Assembly (NCBI RefSeq): GCF_006345805.1
Contig: NC_043009.1
Span: 54,188,001 to 54,252,000 of the forward strand
From: Octopus sinensis
Lineage: Eukaryota
Length of the DNA stretch: 64,000 bases
Reading direction: 5' to 3'
In this document: positions 27,461-41,481 of the stretch, one piece after another
Numbering within the stretch: the stretch's first letter is position 1
Layout: every line of letters starts with the position of its first letter
The notes under the pieces: model-generated
Seen by the model: only the letters and a program-made list of their open reading frames with translations
The model's database searches: none
What the model was told of the DNA's origin: nothing
Made by a program: the position numbers and the translations under genes

Positions 27461-27780
27461 CCACCGTGATCATCGTGACCGATCAGGCTAGCAGATGTTG
27501 TTACAAATCGCTGGTCACAATGCGCTTCGCATTGTTTTAACCTTCAAATGACGCCACTCCGCTGGCTAAGCGAGCAGAGTAGGCCAACAGAAGACAGAGT
27601 GAGAGAAAGTTGTGGCGAAAGATTACAGCAGGGATCGCCACCCCAACCCCTGAGGGAGCCTCGTGGAGTTTTAGGGGTTTTCGCTCAATAAACACTCACA
27701 ACGCCCGGTCTGGGAATCAAAACCGCGATCGTAGGACCGCGAGTCCGCTGCCCTAACCACTGGGCCATTGCGCCTCCACA
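27461..27780 (-). mobile_element. tRNA(Arg)-like SINE, family D
   Basis: Minus strand ggaggcgcaatggcccagtggttagggcagcggactcgcggtc...gattcccagacc; the body resembles 59120-59410. Confidence 0.8.
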
Positions 27781-27850
27781 TATTATATATATATACATAT
27801 GCATATATAAATATGCACAATATATATATACATAATACATATATATATAC

Positions 27851-27903
<53 letters not shown>

Positions 27904-27948
27904 GCATATATATATATACATATGCATATATATATATACGTGTTCATA

Positions 27949-27979
<31 letters not shown>

Positions 27980-28441
27980 TAGGGAGAGGGAAAAAGAGGA
28001 AGAGGGAGAGAGATTGAGGATGCTGATTCCTAATACCTCTCGACAAAAGTGCTATACAACTATCCTATGAAATGGTCGGTGAAATCTGCGAAAGATTGCC
28101 TCATTTAAATATTGTTTACACCAAAGAAACCTTATCCACATAAGAATATTGATGTCTGAGATAATTAGTTTCATTTCGTTAATTGTTTATTGATATGAAT
28201 TGAAAAGTACAGTCCACTTTGAACGTTGTTAACCTTTTAAATTTGTTTTACAATTTTCTCTCTACCGATTAATTTGACAGTACTCGTTTTAAAATTATCA
28301 TTGATCTAAATTGTAAGTATCCTTTATAACCTATCTGAGTATATTGTCGAAATATAATTGCTTTTCGAAAGTTTTCGATCGATCAATAGAATATAATTAA
28401 TAGAGGGAGAGTGTGTGTAAAAGAGAGAGAGATAGAGTGAG

Positions 28442-28448
<7 letters not shown>

Positions 28449-28522
<74 letters not shown>
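28449..28522. repeat. (GATA)n microsatellite
   Basis: Directly visible. Confidence 0.95.
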
Positions 28523-28524
<2 letters not shown>

Positions 28525-28854
28525 CTATCGAGTATGATGAATTTAACCGGTGAATTGTCTTTATGAAATTATCCTTATTGTGTAACGGTTGACAGCACCA
28601 GTCTTGTCATTAATAGCGTGTTCTATGAAAGCTAACCCAAAATACTTTTTTATTAATAATTGAGCAGTTCTGGTTGCGTGAGATTTTTAATAACGAGTTG
28701 TAATCAAGGTCTTTATTTGAAAACAAGTTTTACAAAACCCCCGTAGGGAAAGGGCGATGCTATCATCGATCTAGAGATCGAGCCGGGACTCTTGACACCG
28801 AATGGATTCCATTAGAACTTCATTGTCACATTACTGCGCCATTTAGGAGAACAG

Positions 28855-30758
28855 ATGAAGTCTACTACGCATGCACAAGTTACACTCGCCCGGTTTCACA
28901 CTTTCCGCCTGCTAATATTCATCCCTAATGACTGAAACAACCGGAGGCTTCCTGCCTCTTCGTTATCACAGAAAAATTCCACATATATTGTCCTTGTTTA
29001 CCGCCTAATATGCCTCTACAGGAAACAGTTAGTAGTACTTAGGAGTTCAGAAATCAATTTCTAAATAACAATACCATTCCAACTGCTAGTGGGGGAATTA
29101 AGACACGGTCGCGTCGTTATCGTTTATACCATAATACTGGTCAACAAAGGAAACGGAACTCAGATCCGTAAGCTAAGGAAAAGTTGCTCAGTTGATCAAT
29201 GCTGCTAGAGCGGCTCGTACTACTGCTTACAGTGGTGAGGTCATTAGGGAACATATTTTCTTGTTCAACATATTAGGGTAAAGAGTGGTAAACTTGTTTG
29301 ACTCGCCCGATAAAGTTATCAAGAAATTAGATAGATCATATGGCGATCATACATATAAAGAGCTGTGTTCTTAACCACAATCTAAACACTTCTCTCCCTA
29401 CCACTTAATGCTGAAAACATAAAACGTCTAACAGTATTTACAAACCTGTTGACGAATTAAAAGATTCCTACATAAGTGTATTAATTGTATTATGAGAATT
29501 TACTCGGCTTTTGACAAAGAATAAGACAAGTCGCCGGTATTAACGGGTTGCCTAATTACTAGTTATTGTCCCGCCGTTAAATGATTTGATTAAATCGGTA
29601 TTTAATTGCACAAATTAGTTTGTAATTAATTTATAAGAATGTCTAATTAAATAGGAATTGGTATATACACTTCAACTCTATAAACTCGAAAGTTAAATAA
29701 GTTTCTTGAATCACTAAGTCTTATGGGGTTGCTAGTTAATTATCTTTTCAGTTGCATTATGCGGTTGTAAGAATAACAAGACGTCTCCCTCATGTAGAAT
29801 GCTAGTCTACTTCGGTGGACTATGCCATAAGACTTTGCCACACATTAGTGACGGATACATGAAACAGTGGTGGTGGTATTGGTGGTGGCTGTGGTGGTGG
29901 TGGTGGTGGTGGTCGTCGTCGTCGTCGTCATCGTCATCGTGGTCGTGATGTGGTGGTCGTGGTGTTGGTGTTGGTGCTGGTGCTATTCGTGGCTAAGCTG
30001 GCAGTATTTGGCAGTCGTAATAGTAAGACACAACCGTCTTTACCGTTTATATTATAACTCGGGTCAACGAAGGAAACCGATCTTGGAAAGGAAATACTAC
30101 TCAGTTTATCATTGCCACTGGTATTTACAGCTTCAACTTTCTAAACTCAATTTGAATCACGAAAATGTTGTGAAGCTGCCAGCTAATTTTCTTTTCGATG
30201 GCGTTAAACGGTTGAAGGAATAACATAATATCTAACCTTACATAGAATGCCAGTATACTTCAGCAGATTCTGTCAGAGAAAACCACATACTATTGGTCAC
30301 AGATACTTGATTACTCGATATATAAATCACTTACTTCGAAAGAGAACTAACAATTTCGAGAGACTTGAGATCGCATTTAATATCGAGATTTATTCTTCCT
30401 CGGATGAAAACAGAAAGAATTAACAACCATCGCAGGACGTGATAATTTCAGGAAATTTAGCTACTATTTCAAGCAGATCGAACCACTCTGTAATGGTCCT
30501 CTTTTTTGCTCGGCCCCATTCACTGACGTTTATTACAGTTTGGCTATACTGGATATCTTTTTGAAGACAACGAGTATATCTGTACATGATCACTTGATAG
30601 AAATGGCAAAAGAAATCTCCCTCCAGCTAATTCCTACAGTCTTAAAATTGGCAGACTATATTATTTTTAAAGGCCAAGCAAAATTAACACATTCGCTAAA
30701 ATACCGTAAAATAAGCCGTGTGATCGATTGTTTCTCTCGTTATGCTGATACAGAATAG
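28855..30758 (+). pseudogene. Decayed leucine-rich-repeat gene (possibly Toll-like receptor ectodomain)
   Basis: Broken + frames give SCLFVITEKFHIYCPCLPPNMP (LRRNT-like), IKSCVLNHNLNTSLPTT (29355-29405), LSKLNLNHENVVKLPANFLFDGVKRLKE (~30135-30220), RNNIISNLT, FERLEIAFN and IFKGQAKLTHSLKYRKIS. Many stops and frameshifts; a GGT/GTC microsatellite is inserted at 29867-29990. Confidence 0.45.
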
Positions 30759-31194
30759 TCTTCCCGGTCATGACACTTAACCATCTGAAACATAATCTTC
30801 AATCCGTTGACCAACATTTTAAACGAAACAGAAAGGAATGAAAACGGTGATAATCCGTTGTTGTAAATCCGTTGTCAAAGAATTCTTAGGAATCTAAATA
30901 ATCTGGCGCCATTTCCACAGTGACCCGATTGAAGTATTTATCAATAATGATGAATATTGAATGAATAATAACTATTAGAGTCCCCCCTTGTTTTTGTTTT
31001 TTTGTTTTGTGTGTGTGTGTAATCTTCTATTATTACAGACCGATTGCAAAATGACAAGTTCTTGCGACTTTTTAAGCACTGAGTTCAAATTGTGGCGATT
31101 CCGAGTTAATCTTTTATCCTTACAGTTTCGATAAAATAAAGTAGAGTCAACTATTGAAATCAATGTACTCGTTTTTTCTCCTCCCCTCAAAAAA

Positions 31195-32015
31195 TTGGGT
31201 TGGCAACTAAGTTCCCACCGTTTTATTAAATTTTGGAATTTATTGCGTTTTTAAATTTTGCAATCTAATTTTTTCGAGAATTCTATTTTTGAATAATTTT
31301 GGAATCTTTTTTTTTCTAGTTAATTTTAGTTAATTTTTGTTTATTTTCAGATCATTAAAATAGAATGTCAAGTTAAGAAAAACGGGCATTTTCGATACCT
31401 CCTTTTCGCTTTTAATCAAGGTTCTAAGGCCGCTCACGACATTTGTGATGTATATGGAAAGGGTGCCATAGCTGAAAGAACCTCTCGTGATTGGTATGCC
31501 AAGTTCAAAAATGGTAATTTTCACCTCAAAGACGCACCTCGTTCTGGCCGTCCAGTTGAGTAGGATGAAGAGCGATTAAACCAACTTTTGCACGTAAATT
31601 CTCGTCAAACGACAGGGGAACTGGCAGTGAAAATGGAATGCTCCGACACTGTTATAGAGAAGCATCTTCACTCGATGGGAAAGTTTCAGAAGTATGGAGC
31701 ATGGATTCCGCATGCTCTAAGTGACATCAACAAAATCAACGAGCCACTATCTCCGCCGGTTTGCTTGCTCGTCACCGCTCAACTAATGGACACAAGCAAC
31801 GATTTGTTTACCGAATCGTTACTGGCGACGAAAAATGGTTCTGTACATGAATATCAAGCAGCGTTAGGAATGGTTTAGCCCGTAAAACAAACGACACTGC
31901 GCATGAAACAAGATCTTCGTCCGCGTAAAACGATGGTGTGCGTAAGGTGGGACTGGGAATGGATTATCTATTACGAATTGTTTGAACAGAACCCATCGGT
32001 CAACGTGGAACTCTA
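31195..32015 (+). mobile_element. Mariner transposon, 3'-truncated
   Basis: Left TIR ttgggttggcaactaagttccc. Transposase HFRYLLFAFNQG...DWYAKFKNGNFHLKDAPRSGRP, WIPHALS (WVPHEL motif), RIVTGDEKW. Ends at a TA microsatellite. Confidence 0.9.
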
Positions 32016-32025
32016 AGTATGTATA

Positions 32026-32060
<35 letters not shown>

Positions 32061-32062
<2 letters not shown>

Positions 32063-32190
32063 GACGGGCTTCTTTCAGTTTCCGTCTACCAATTCCACTC
32101 ACAGGGTAGTAGAAGACACTTGCCCAAGGTGCCATGCAGTGGGAGGGAACCCGGAATCATGTGGTTCGTAAGCAAGCTACTTAACACACA
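32061..32190 (-). mobile_element. Family-A SINE 5' half
   Basis: acgacgggcttctttcagtttccgtctacc...gaagacacttgcccaagg...gaacccggaatcatgtgg. Confidence 0.8.
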
Positions 32191-32928
32191 CCCAATCCTA
32201 AGCCTATATATATATATATATATTATTATTATTATTATTATTATCATTATTATTATTATTATTATTATTTGAGGGAATAAAATCCAATTTAGAAATACTA
32301 AATGAAATTTCACACCATATAATATATATATAAAAAATTAGAAAAGAAAACACCTTTTATCAATTCAGAATGAACAATTTAATTACACTATCTAGAAAAT
32401 TACATATAATGGAAAAATTGTTTGCTATAGATTTTTATATTAAATTTATAGATACTACACATGTATATTTATTATATGGTTAGTTTATTTAAGGAGTTTG
32501 TCTATATTTGAATTATTTCTTATTTTAATTACAATTTAATGACTTGTACTAGCTTTGTGTATTTTATTTAATTTGAAAGTATTTAATTATTTAAGTATTA
32601 TTTTATTTTTCACTTATGCATATTTAGTATTTTCATATATATATTAAAATATATAATTAATTAATTATTTTATTGTTCTAATTTATTTTTAACCTTATAA
32701 GTGACTATATTTATATCAAAGTGATTTCTTTACTACTATATAGCCACGAAACACATGTCGTTTTTCTACCTATTATATACGTTTTCATTTTTTTTTTTTG
32801 CAATTTACTTAATCTTTGACATTCTATTGTTATTTTAGCTTTAATTTTTCTATGATACGTAATTTTCTAGATGGTTTAAATTAAATGTTCATTTTGAATT
32901 GATAAAAGCTGTTTTTTTTCCTAATTTC

Positions 32929-32992
<64 letters not shown>

Positions 32993-33892
32993 TGTGTGTA
33001 TGTGTATGTGTGTGTGTGTATGTGTGTATGTGTATATATGTATGTATGTATACACACACAGACACTCGCGCACGGGCACACATACATTTACAACAACATA
33101 TATAAACAAACATTTTTTTTTCTGTTTGAATATCTGTAAAAAGATCATTGAAGACTGCGAATAACTATGCTTTTGCGACCGAGCCTTGTTTTGTACGCAT
33201 GTATACAACGTTACGTTGAGGAATAGCATGTGCCTGCCCTACATCACCTGAGCCGAGTAGGAATGGGAAGGACTAATTTCCATAATCGAGAGTAAAACTA
33301 TGTCGGATTATTGAATTTCTCACTTAAAATGGATGCTTCTAAATCGATATGAGTAGACTGTAGGACACAAGTTCCGGAACCGACTATTACAATTTTATAT
33401 ACATATATATGTGTGTGTAAGTATTATAGATATATATATGTGTAGGCAGAGAGAGAGTAATAACGAGAGTGAAATACGGCTTTTAGTAGAGTAGGATATA
33501 TATACATAATTACAGAAGGAGAGTTGCAATGAGTTAGAGAGAGGGGGATGGAGAGAGAAAGTGAGAGGAAGAGAGACCGGGTGATACAGATAAACATGCA
33601 CAAAGTGACAAAAGAGACAGGTGCTTGACGAGAGATGTAGGAGGAGGGTGATACGTTGCTTCATTATCCAATGTCGAGACATTGAAAATCAATTCGGTTA
33701 GAATGCAACGTTCAGTCGTTGATACAGCGTTCTAGGTATATGAAAACGCGGTAAGTAGGTGACAATTTGACACCTTACAAGATTTCTGAGATTATATGTA
33801 ATAACGCAATACGTACACAACGAGTTGTGCTTGTGTGTGCGGAGATGAATATTGTATGTATATATATATATATATATATATGTATATGCATA

Positions 33893-33985
<93 letters not shown>

Positions 33986-34149
33986 TGTATGTATGCATGT
34001 ATGTATACATATATATATATGTATACATACATGCATATATTTTGAAGAACTGGTAAAATCAGAATTTAAGATACACAGAAACATTTCATAAAGTATATGT
34101 ACTCACACACACACACACGTACACATACATAGATATATGATGCATACAT

Positions 34150-34239
<90 letters not shown>

Positions 34240-34242
<3 letters not shown>

Positions 34243-34445
34243 CTTTGGAGCAAGGCCAACAAGTTCAATGGAGCGGACTAGTCCATTACATCGACCGCAG
34301 TGCTCAACTGGTACTTATTTTATTGATCTCAAAAGGAGTGAAACTAAAATTCGACCTGAGGCGGACTTTGAACTCAGAATGTAAAGACAGACGAAATGCC
34401 ACTAATTATGCTGCTCGGCTTGCAAAACATTCTGCCAGTTAGCCT
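34240..34445 (-). mobile_element. Diverged family-B SINE
   Basis: ctggtacttatttt...ttcgacctgaggcggactttgaactcagaatgt...ttctgccag. Confidence 0.7.
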
Positions 34446-34639
34446 CCTACACATACATTATATTAAGATAGAGTTGTCTGAATATTCCTACACACTCTCA
34501 CTGACAAATATATATGACAGAAAATGGCAGTGGCTTTGGAGTTTTGGACCGCTAGCTATATCGAAAAGGCACCGGCTAGGAAGATACCGAAACCATTGCC
34601 ATTTCTTTTTTTAAAAAATCCATAAATATGTTTTCAGTG

Positions 34640-34865
34640 AGTAAGTAGAGAGTGCTACTTATTTCAAATTATGGCACAAGTCCAGCAATTTGGAAGGTGG
34701 TGAAAGTCGATTGCATCATCTCCAGCGTTCAACAGGCACTTCATTGATCCCTTCATTGATAGGCGAAGTGGAACTCGGCGTTATTTGAACTGAGAATGTA
34801 ATGACGGACGAATTACTGCTAAATACTTTGCCCGGCGTGCTAATGATTCTGTCAGATCGCCACTT
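34640..34865 (-). mobile_element. Diverged family-B SINE
   Basis: ctcggcgttatttgaactgagaatgt...tttgcccggcgtgctaatgattctgtcagatcgcc. Confidence 0.65.
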
Positions 34866-35129
34866 TCGTTCAACTTAATATTAAATTGTCCGCATATACA
34901 AATTCACAAAAGCAAGCATTTATATATATGATTTCTATATCAAAAGTAACGGGACTAGATGTGCTGTGTGAGTTATGGGCGAAGAGGGATAAGCGGATTG
35001 TGTTATCATCTAACATGATATCTTGGAAGTATGTAATTGTAATCTTAGCTTTCTGCAACCATTGCATATTGTTTCAACATGCTTTTGTATGCACCTCTTC
35101 TTGTCAGACCGTTCGGCTATGAGCTCTGA

Positions 35130-35470
35130 GGAAGGAAGGATGAACACCGAGCAACGAATAAACCGGAAGAGACGAGAGTCGTGCCAGGACAAATCGTGAT
35201 TGCTTCACCAAAACGAAGAACCTGCTGACACCTGATTTTGACTGTATGTCTTTTTTCTTTTTCTCCCAAGCTCATGAAGGCGTGGAGGCCATCAAGAGGG
35301 CATCCCCCATGAATCCTTTCAGAAGTGCATACAAGCGTGGCAGAGAACGATTTAAAATTGCATTAGACTCGATGGGTACTACTTTGAAGGGGAAACCATG
35401 AAGATTGTTGTTTGAAATTGAAATTAATTGTTTGTGAAACGAGGTCCATAGTATTCAGACAGACCTCATA
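35130..35470 (+). mobile_element. Internally deleted mariner relic
   Basis: N-terminal MNTEQRIN is fused to RKRRESCQDKS*LLH and a C-terminal ESFQKCIQAW...GYYFEGE; probable right TIR ending cagacagacctcata. Confidence 0.55.
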
Positions 35471-36399
35471 TACATGTATACCTCTGGAATAAAAATCTAC
35501 ACTAAATGATATAAACCGTAAAATTGAATTCACAATGGAATATAGCAAAGAACAGCTCCCATTTTTAATTCACGATTACATACCCATTACTGTACATATT
35601 TCTCCCCACCACTCTAGTTTTTGAATTTTTGTGTATATATAAGAACCCCCACCCAAAAATTTACAATTATCTTCCCTGTCCACAATAATAACGATCACCA
35701 GTTGCCTCCCCTTAGATTATTCTACTTATTGAATCATTCATTCATAAACTCCACACAAAACATGGACAAGCATTTTTTCGTAAGAAAATATGTATTTAAA
35801 TAAATTTTAATGCCATGATTAGCGAAAGCGAAGCCGGTCGACAAACACAATATAAAAGATACTAAAAAATATATCAAAACTATGTAAAGTGTGTGCATCT
35901 TCCTTCTTTAATTTTATATATATTACAACTCGCCACGTGGGGATAATCGAAATTCCTCTCTTTCTGTTACTATATATATATATGTTCTAAATATACATAT
36001 ATAAATATATATACATTTATGCGTGCATGTGTGTGCGTGTGTTTAACACCAAACACTATCTGCAGACACTATAGCCGTTCTAGTTAAATATCTAAACATA
36101 CAAGAAAACTTCTCACATCAACTTTAGTTGATTACGTCGACAAAGATGAGAGATATTTAAGTATGTGTAAGGAATAATCAATTTTGGGGTACAAGGACGT
36201 TGTATTAGATATTGAAAGAAGTCTCTCAATACGCAGTTTGCTGAAACATGGCAACGGGAGAATGAATCAATAATATATGATAATTCAAACCAACCTAAAA
36301 TGATACATTTGTAGCTTATAAACATATATCATAAACATGTATTTAACTTCGTATGTGTGTATATACATACATAAATACGTGTATATATGTATATATATA

Positions 36400-37320
36400 C
36401 CGTGAAATGGGGTTCATTTGAACACCGGGATAACTTTTAATAAAATGTATTTTTTTCTCTTATTGCTTGTTACTAAAGTTTCTTACAGAATTGTGTACTG
36501 TGATGTTAAACTTAAGAATTATATTTCTAAGATAGGATAATTTCAAAACATAAAGAAAAAATTTGTAAATAAAACTTTGATTATCCACTGAAAAAATAGA
36601 ATTTGTCAACTTCAAATTCCAGCACAACAAATATTTTTGCATGATGTAAATACTTTTGACAGTAACTAGAGAGCTTCTTGCATAAAAGATACAAGCCTTT
36701 TTTGAAATATGATGCTAATATAACTAGTTAATAATTTTCTATTGAAGTGTTTTTATACCTTTGGCATCTTTGTAAAAACGTTTATGACATGATATATCCC
36801 ACGTTTGATTATCCAGCAGGATAAATTTGAACGCCGTTCAAATTAACCCCGTTCATTGCTTCCGGCAGTAAACAAGCTGCTACCACCCAATTCCACACTT
36901 CATCCACATGACGTAGCATTCTATGGGCGTCTTTAAAATGTTGGACAAAAATTTTAGATGACTGGATCGCTTATGGCAGGAAGAGCTCAAAGACCTTAAC
37001 TAAGGTTGCTTCCCTGCTCTGCTCACAGAGCTGCATGCTGCTCTCTTTCCTGGTGGTAACACTCACAGCAAGAATCTGGAAAGTGGGTTCATGAAATGCG
37101 GAATTCACCCTTTTCATCCACACAAAGTTTGGGATTAGCTACCATGTTTCGGATGTTGTGTTGGGAATGCTAAAGTCAATGAGAGCGGAGAATGTGAGCA
37201 GACCAAAGAAGAGACGAAAGAAGTTGAACGTAACCCCGTGGCAAAAGTATAAATGCTGAGGACGCCAGAGTTTCTTTTGCAGATGTTGCAGAATACTCAT
37301 AGAAAGAAAAACAAAGCATG
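36400..37320 (+). mobile_element. pogo-like (DDE_1) DNA transposon relic
   Basis: TA followed by ccgtgaaatggggttcatttgaaca (TIR-like; inverted copy at ~36835-36856). Transposase remnants KLLPPNST, DVAFYG and NLESGFMKCGIHPFHPHKV. Confidence 0.7.
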
Positions 37321-39171
37321 AAAAAATGTTCTTAAATAATATAGGAAAAATCTGTCCTCTATTTGCTATTTTGTATTTCTTCTTTTATACTTTACACGCA
37401 CATATATAAATATATGTGTGTGTGTGTGCCTGTCTGTACATATATATATGATATATAAATAATATGTATATATACGTATAATACATATATAAGTATAATT
37501 ATATATATTTAATATATATATATATATAGTATATAAAAATATATATTATATATATAATATATAACATATATATGCATTATATATTATATATATATATTTA
37601 TATATATATATATGTTATGTATGTATGTATGTATGTATGTATGTATGTATGTATATGTATGTTATGGTATGTATGTATTTGTTTTGTTGCATAAATATGT
37701 GATTACAATATATGTTTATAATTTACGTCTATATATCCTTTTAGGTTAGCTGATAAGACTATATTTTATTGATTCGTTCTCCTGCTACATATTTACAATA
37801 CGATAACTGCCTAATTGTGCGTATCGGCAGATTGATTTCTATATAATTTTACTTCAGTACGAAGTAATACTTCGTACTTGATTAAAATTATACAGAAGCA
37901 CTCTTTGTCTAGTAGCCAAAAAAATCAATAGACTCTTCCAGACTCTTAAATACCTTTATCTTTCTCGATGCAATCGACGAATAATGTAACCTGTTTAACA
38001 CCTTTAAACTTAATGTGTGAATTTTTCTAGAAGCAAAAATATTTTAATTACAACATCTTCGACGTCTGAAAATTATCTTTGATGTTCAATTTATAAACGT
38101 ATAAAAATCAGTCCCAAAAAAGGCATAGATGTACGATAAAGATATGTATAGAATACAAACATGAATAGATTTAAGTTATGTGTATGTGTGTACGCGTGGA
38201 TGTATGCATCGACTCACACTCTTTAAACACATACATATGGATTCAGACATATTTATAGATGATGTTTACCTAATCATAAACACCACTAAAGTTTATTTAA
38301 ACTTTTATCTCTTAACTAAGTCATGCGTATGTAGACACACACTTACATGTATGTATGTATGTATGTATGTATGTATGTATGTATGTATGTATGTATGTAT
38401 GTATGTATGTATGTATTACATACTAATACTGATACATACAAGCTTATTGTGTATATGTCGGGCATGCGTGTAGCGATTTGGTATATTTATCTCAGCGTAG
38501 TTGTGTGCATATGTACGTAGTACGTACAGCCACAGGCAACTTCAATGATTCTGATGTGGACTCATATATACGTGAGCTTGTTTTAAAGCAGAATATCCGA
38601 AATAAAATTTAATTAACAGTAAGTATTTATTGAAATCCACACAGAATTTTTAATATTCCATTAAACAGCTTCTCGATTATACATATATCTAATTAATTCT
38701 ATATCAGCCATTACTATATGCAGATTTGTCGCACGTGGTCAATAGTGCGTATATGTTTAGTTGCTGTGAGAAATGTTATGCACACAACTTTTATGTTGTC
38801 AAATGAAAGTTTGTGACTTCAAAGTTTACCTGTCGATAGAGCAACACAAATGTTTGCTACAACACAGGTACCATTCATTTGTTTCAGTCATTGGATTGTG
38901 ATCATCGTTTTAAATGGATTTAGTTGAACGGACCGATTATGTCTAAAGCATGGTGCTCATTCTATCGATGCTTATAGTGAAACAGCCATGTTACAAGGAC
39001 GGAAAGAAACTAAAGTGTGGTGTGGGAAGAGTGGAAACACACACACACACACATCCATACAGACATACACGCAAACACATATACATACAGATATATATAT
39101 GCGTGTATATATACATACATATATATATATATAGATATATACACATATATGTGTATATGTATGTATGTATG

Positions 39172-39228
<57 letters not shown>

Positions 39229-39361
39229 TATGTATATATATGTATATATATATGTATGTATATATATATTTATATATATATATATATAGATATATATATA
39301 TATATGTATATGTATATATGTATATATATATGTATGTATATATATATATATATATTATATG

Positions 39362-39427
<66 letters not shown>

Positions 39428-39463
39428 TGTGTGTGTGTGTGTGTTATATATATAATTTTTTTA

Positions 39464-39520
39464 GGCGGTGCTCCAGAATGGCCGCAGTCAAATGACTGAA
39501 ACAAGTAAAAGAGTAAAAGA
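39464..39520 (+). mobile_element. Family-A SINE extreme 3' fragment
   Basis: ggcggtgctccagaatggccgcagtcaaatgactgaaacaagtaaaagagtaaaagag. Confidence 0.85.
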
Positions 39521-39540
39521 GTAATATATATATATACCAA

Positions 39541-39883
39541 CGTGCATGGTTCAATGTTTAGAGCATCGGGCTCACAATCATGAGGTAGAGAGTTTGGATA
39601 CCGGACAGGGCTGTGCCTTGTGTTCTTGGGAAAGACGCTTTACTTCGCGTTGCTCCAGTTCCCTGAGATGTAGAAATGAGTTGCGGCGTCATTGGTGTCA
39701 AACTGTATCGGCTGTTGCGTTTCGATTGGACAACATCGGTGGCGTGCAGAGTGGGAGGTGATTGATATGCATGGGTAACTGCTGGTCTTCCATAAATAAC
39801 TTTGCCTAGACTTGTTCCTTGTAAGGAACTTTCTAGGTGCAATCCCATGATCTTTCATGACTGGAGAGAGCCTTTACCCTTTA
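39541..39883 (+). mobile_element. Family-C SINE, diverged
   Basis: Colinear with 6541-6875; tail cctttacccttt. Confidence 0.85.
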
Positions 39884-39903
39884 ACCTGTCATACACACAC
39901 ACA

Positions 39904-39934
<31 letters not shown>

Positions 39935-39935
39935 G

Positions 39936-40085
39936 ACGATATTCTTTCAGTTTCCACCTACCAAATCCATTCATAACGCTTTGGTCGGTTGAACCTATTG
40001 TACAAAATATTCATGCAAAGTGCCACGCAGTGGGACTGAGTCTGAACCCTTTACTGTGTGTTTGGCAAGCGAGTTTCTTATCACA
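39936..40085 (-). mobile_element. Family-A SINE 5' half, diverged
   Basis: ttctttcagtttccacctaccaaatcca...gtgccacgcagtgggactga. Confidence 0.75.
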
Positions 40086-40141
<56 letters not shown>

Positions 40142-40347
40142 CTTCGATTAGCCACGCATGCACCTGGCCATGCCTGAAAACGAAATCTTATTTGAGGCCT
40201 GCTCCACATCTGTCCCGAAGATCTTTGATGTAGCAGGTTGTTAGCCTCAACCTCAAGGAAATCGCAGCCAATTGTTTCCGAAATCCTACTGTATCGTTTT
40301 CGGTAATACGAAGTATAAGAATGTTGTTCATGTACATGCACAGCGCC

Positions 40348-40434
40348 TGAGGAATATACGGATCTCACTGCCGGAAAAGGAAACGGATCTCACTGAGGAA
40401 AAGATTTCCGGCAGTGAGATCCGTATATTCCTCA
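40348..40434. repeat. Perfect 30-bp inverted repeat with 27-nt loop
   Basis: tgaggaatatacggatctcactgccggaaa (40348-40377) and tttccggcagtgagatccgtatattcctca (40405-40434). Confidence 0.93.
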
Positions 40435-41269
40435 TATGTGTACTTCATAGGAGATGACCTGGGGTTAAAAGCAGTGACAACAATTATACATTTTCTTTTT
40501 TTTACATGGCTCCTATACAAAATGCAGCTCTGTACCGTGTCTGTTTAGGTGATCACTTGGTGATGCCGACAGCGACACCCTGTCTAATAAGTATTAGATA
40601 ACCGGAAAGTTTCACATTTCCTTTGTCTTCACATTGGCTGATTGACTTGTAAGAAAGCCAAATAAACGTTGACTCAACAAACGTCGTAACTGAAAGTGTT
40701 AAGAGATGAATCACTCGGATATAACTTTAACTAGACCTAAATAAAGTGAGTAATTAAAGCAGACGATGTGATAGACGTTTAATTAGTGGAGCTGTGAAAG
40801 AAAATGGCTACATTACAACTAATTCCAATGTGCTTGAGGATAAATGCAGACACAGTAGTAAAAAAAAAGAAAAAAGATCGAAAAGTATTAAAGGGAAACA
40901 GTGGCAATGAATTTACATATGCGTCAAAATGTATTAAATAAATTTTTCACATTTCAAGAATATTATGACTTATAAGTAAAGAATTGTTAAAATAATAGAA
41001 TTATAATAGAATTATGATTATTAATTAAGGTGAATTATTAAAGATATAAAGAAATTTGAATATTATAATATGATTTAATTTAATGACTAATATAACAATA
41101 ATTGCGCTTAAAATCCGAAAAAAATTACGTACTATAGCACTTTCAAATATATTTTGTAGAAAGAAATAACTTTTACAAAGTGGATTATAATGGCAAAATA
41201 CCATAAATAAATTTTTAAAATACTTAGAAGTGACATACGTATAGATTTGTGATTTAAAAGCTCTTTTTG

Positions 41270-41446
41270 CAACTATGTGGTTTGGGGTTCAGTTCCACTG
41301 CGATGCAACTTGGGCAATTGCCTTCTACCATAGTTTAGGGCCACCAAATGCCTTGCTAGTGAGTCTGGTAGATGGAAACTGCGCGTAGAGGACAATCGTA
41401 TGCATACGCAAACTCTCGTTCTCATATATATATATATATATTATAT

Positions 41447-41481
<35 letters not shown>

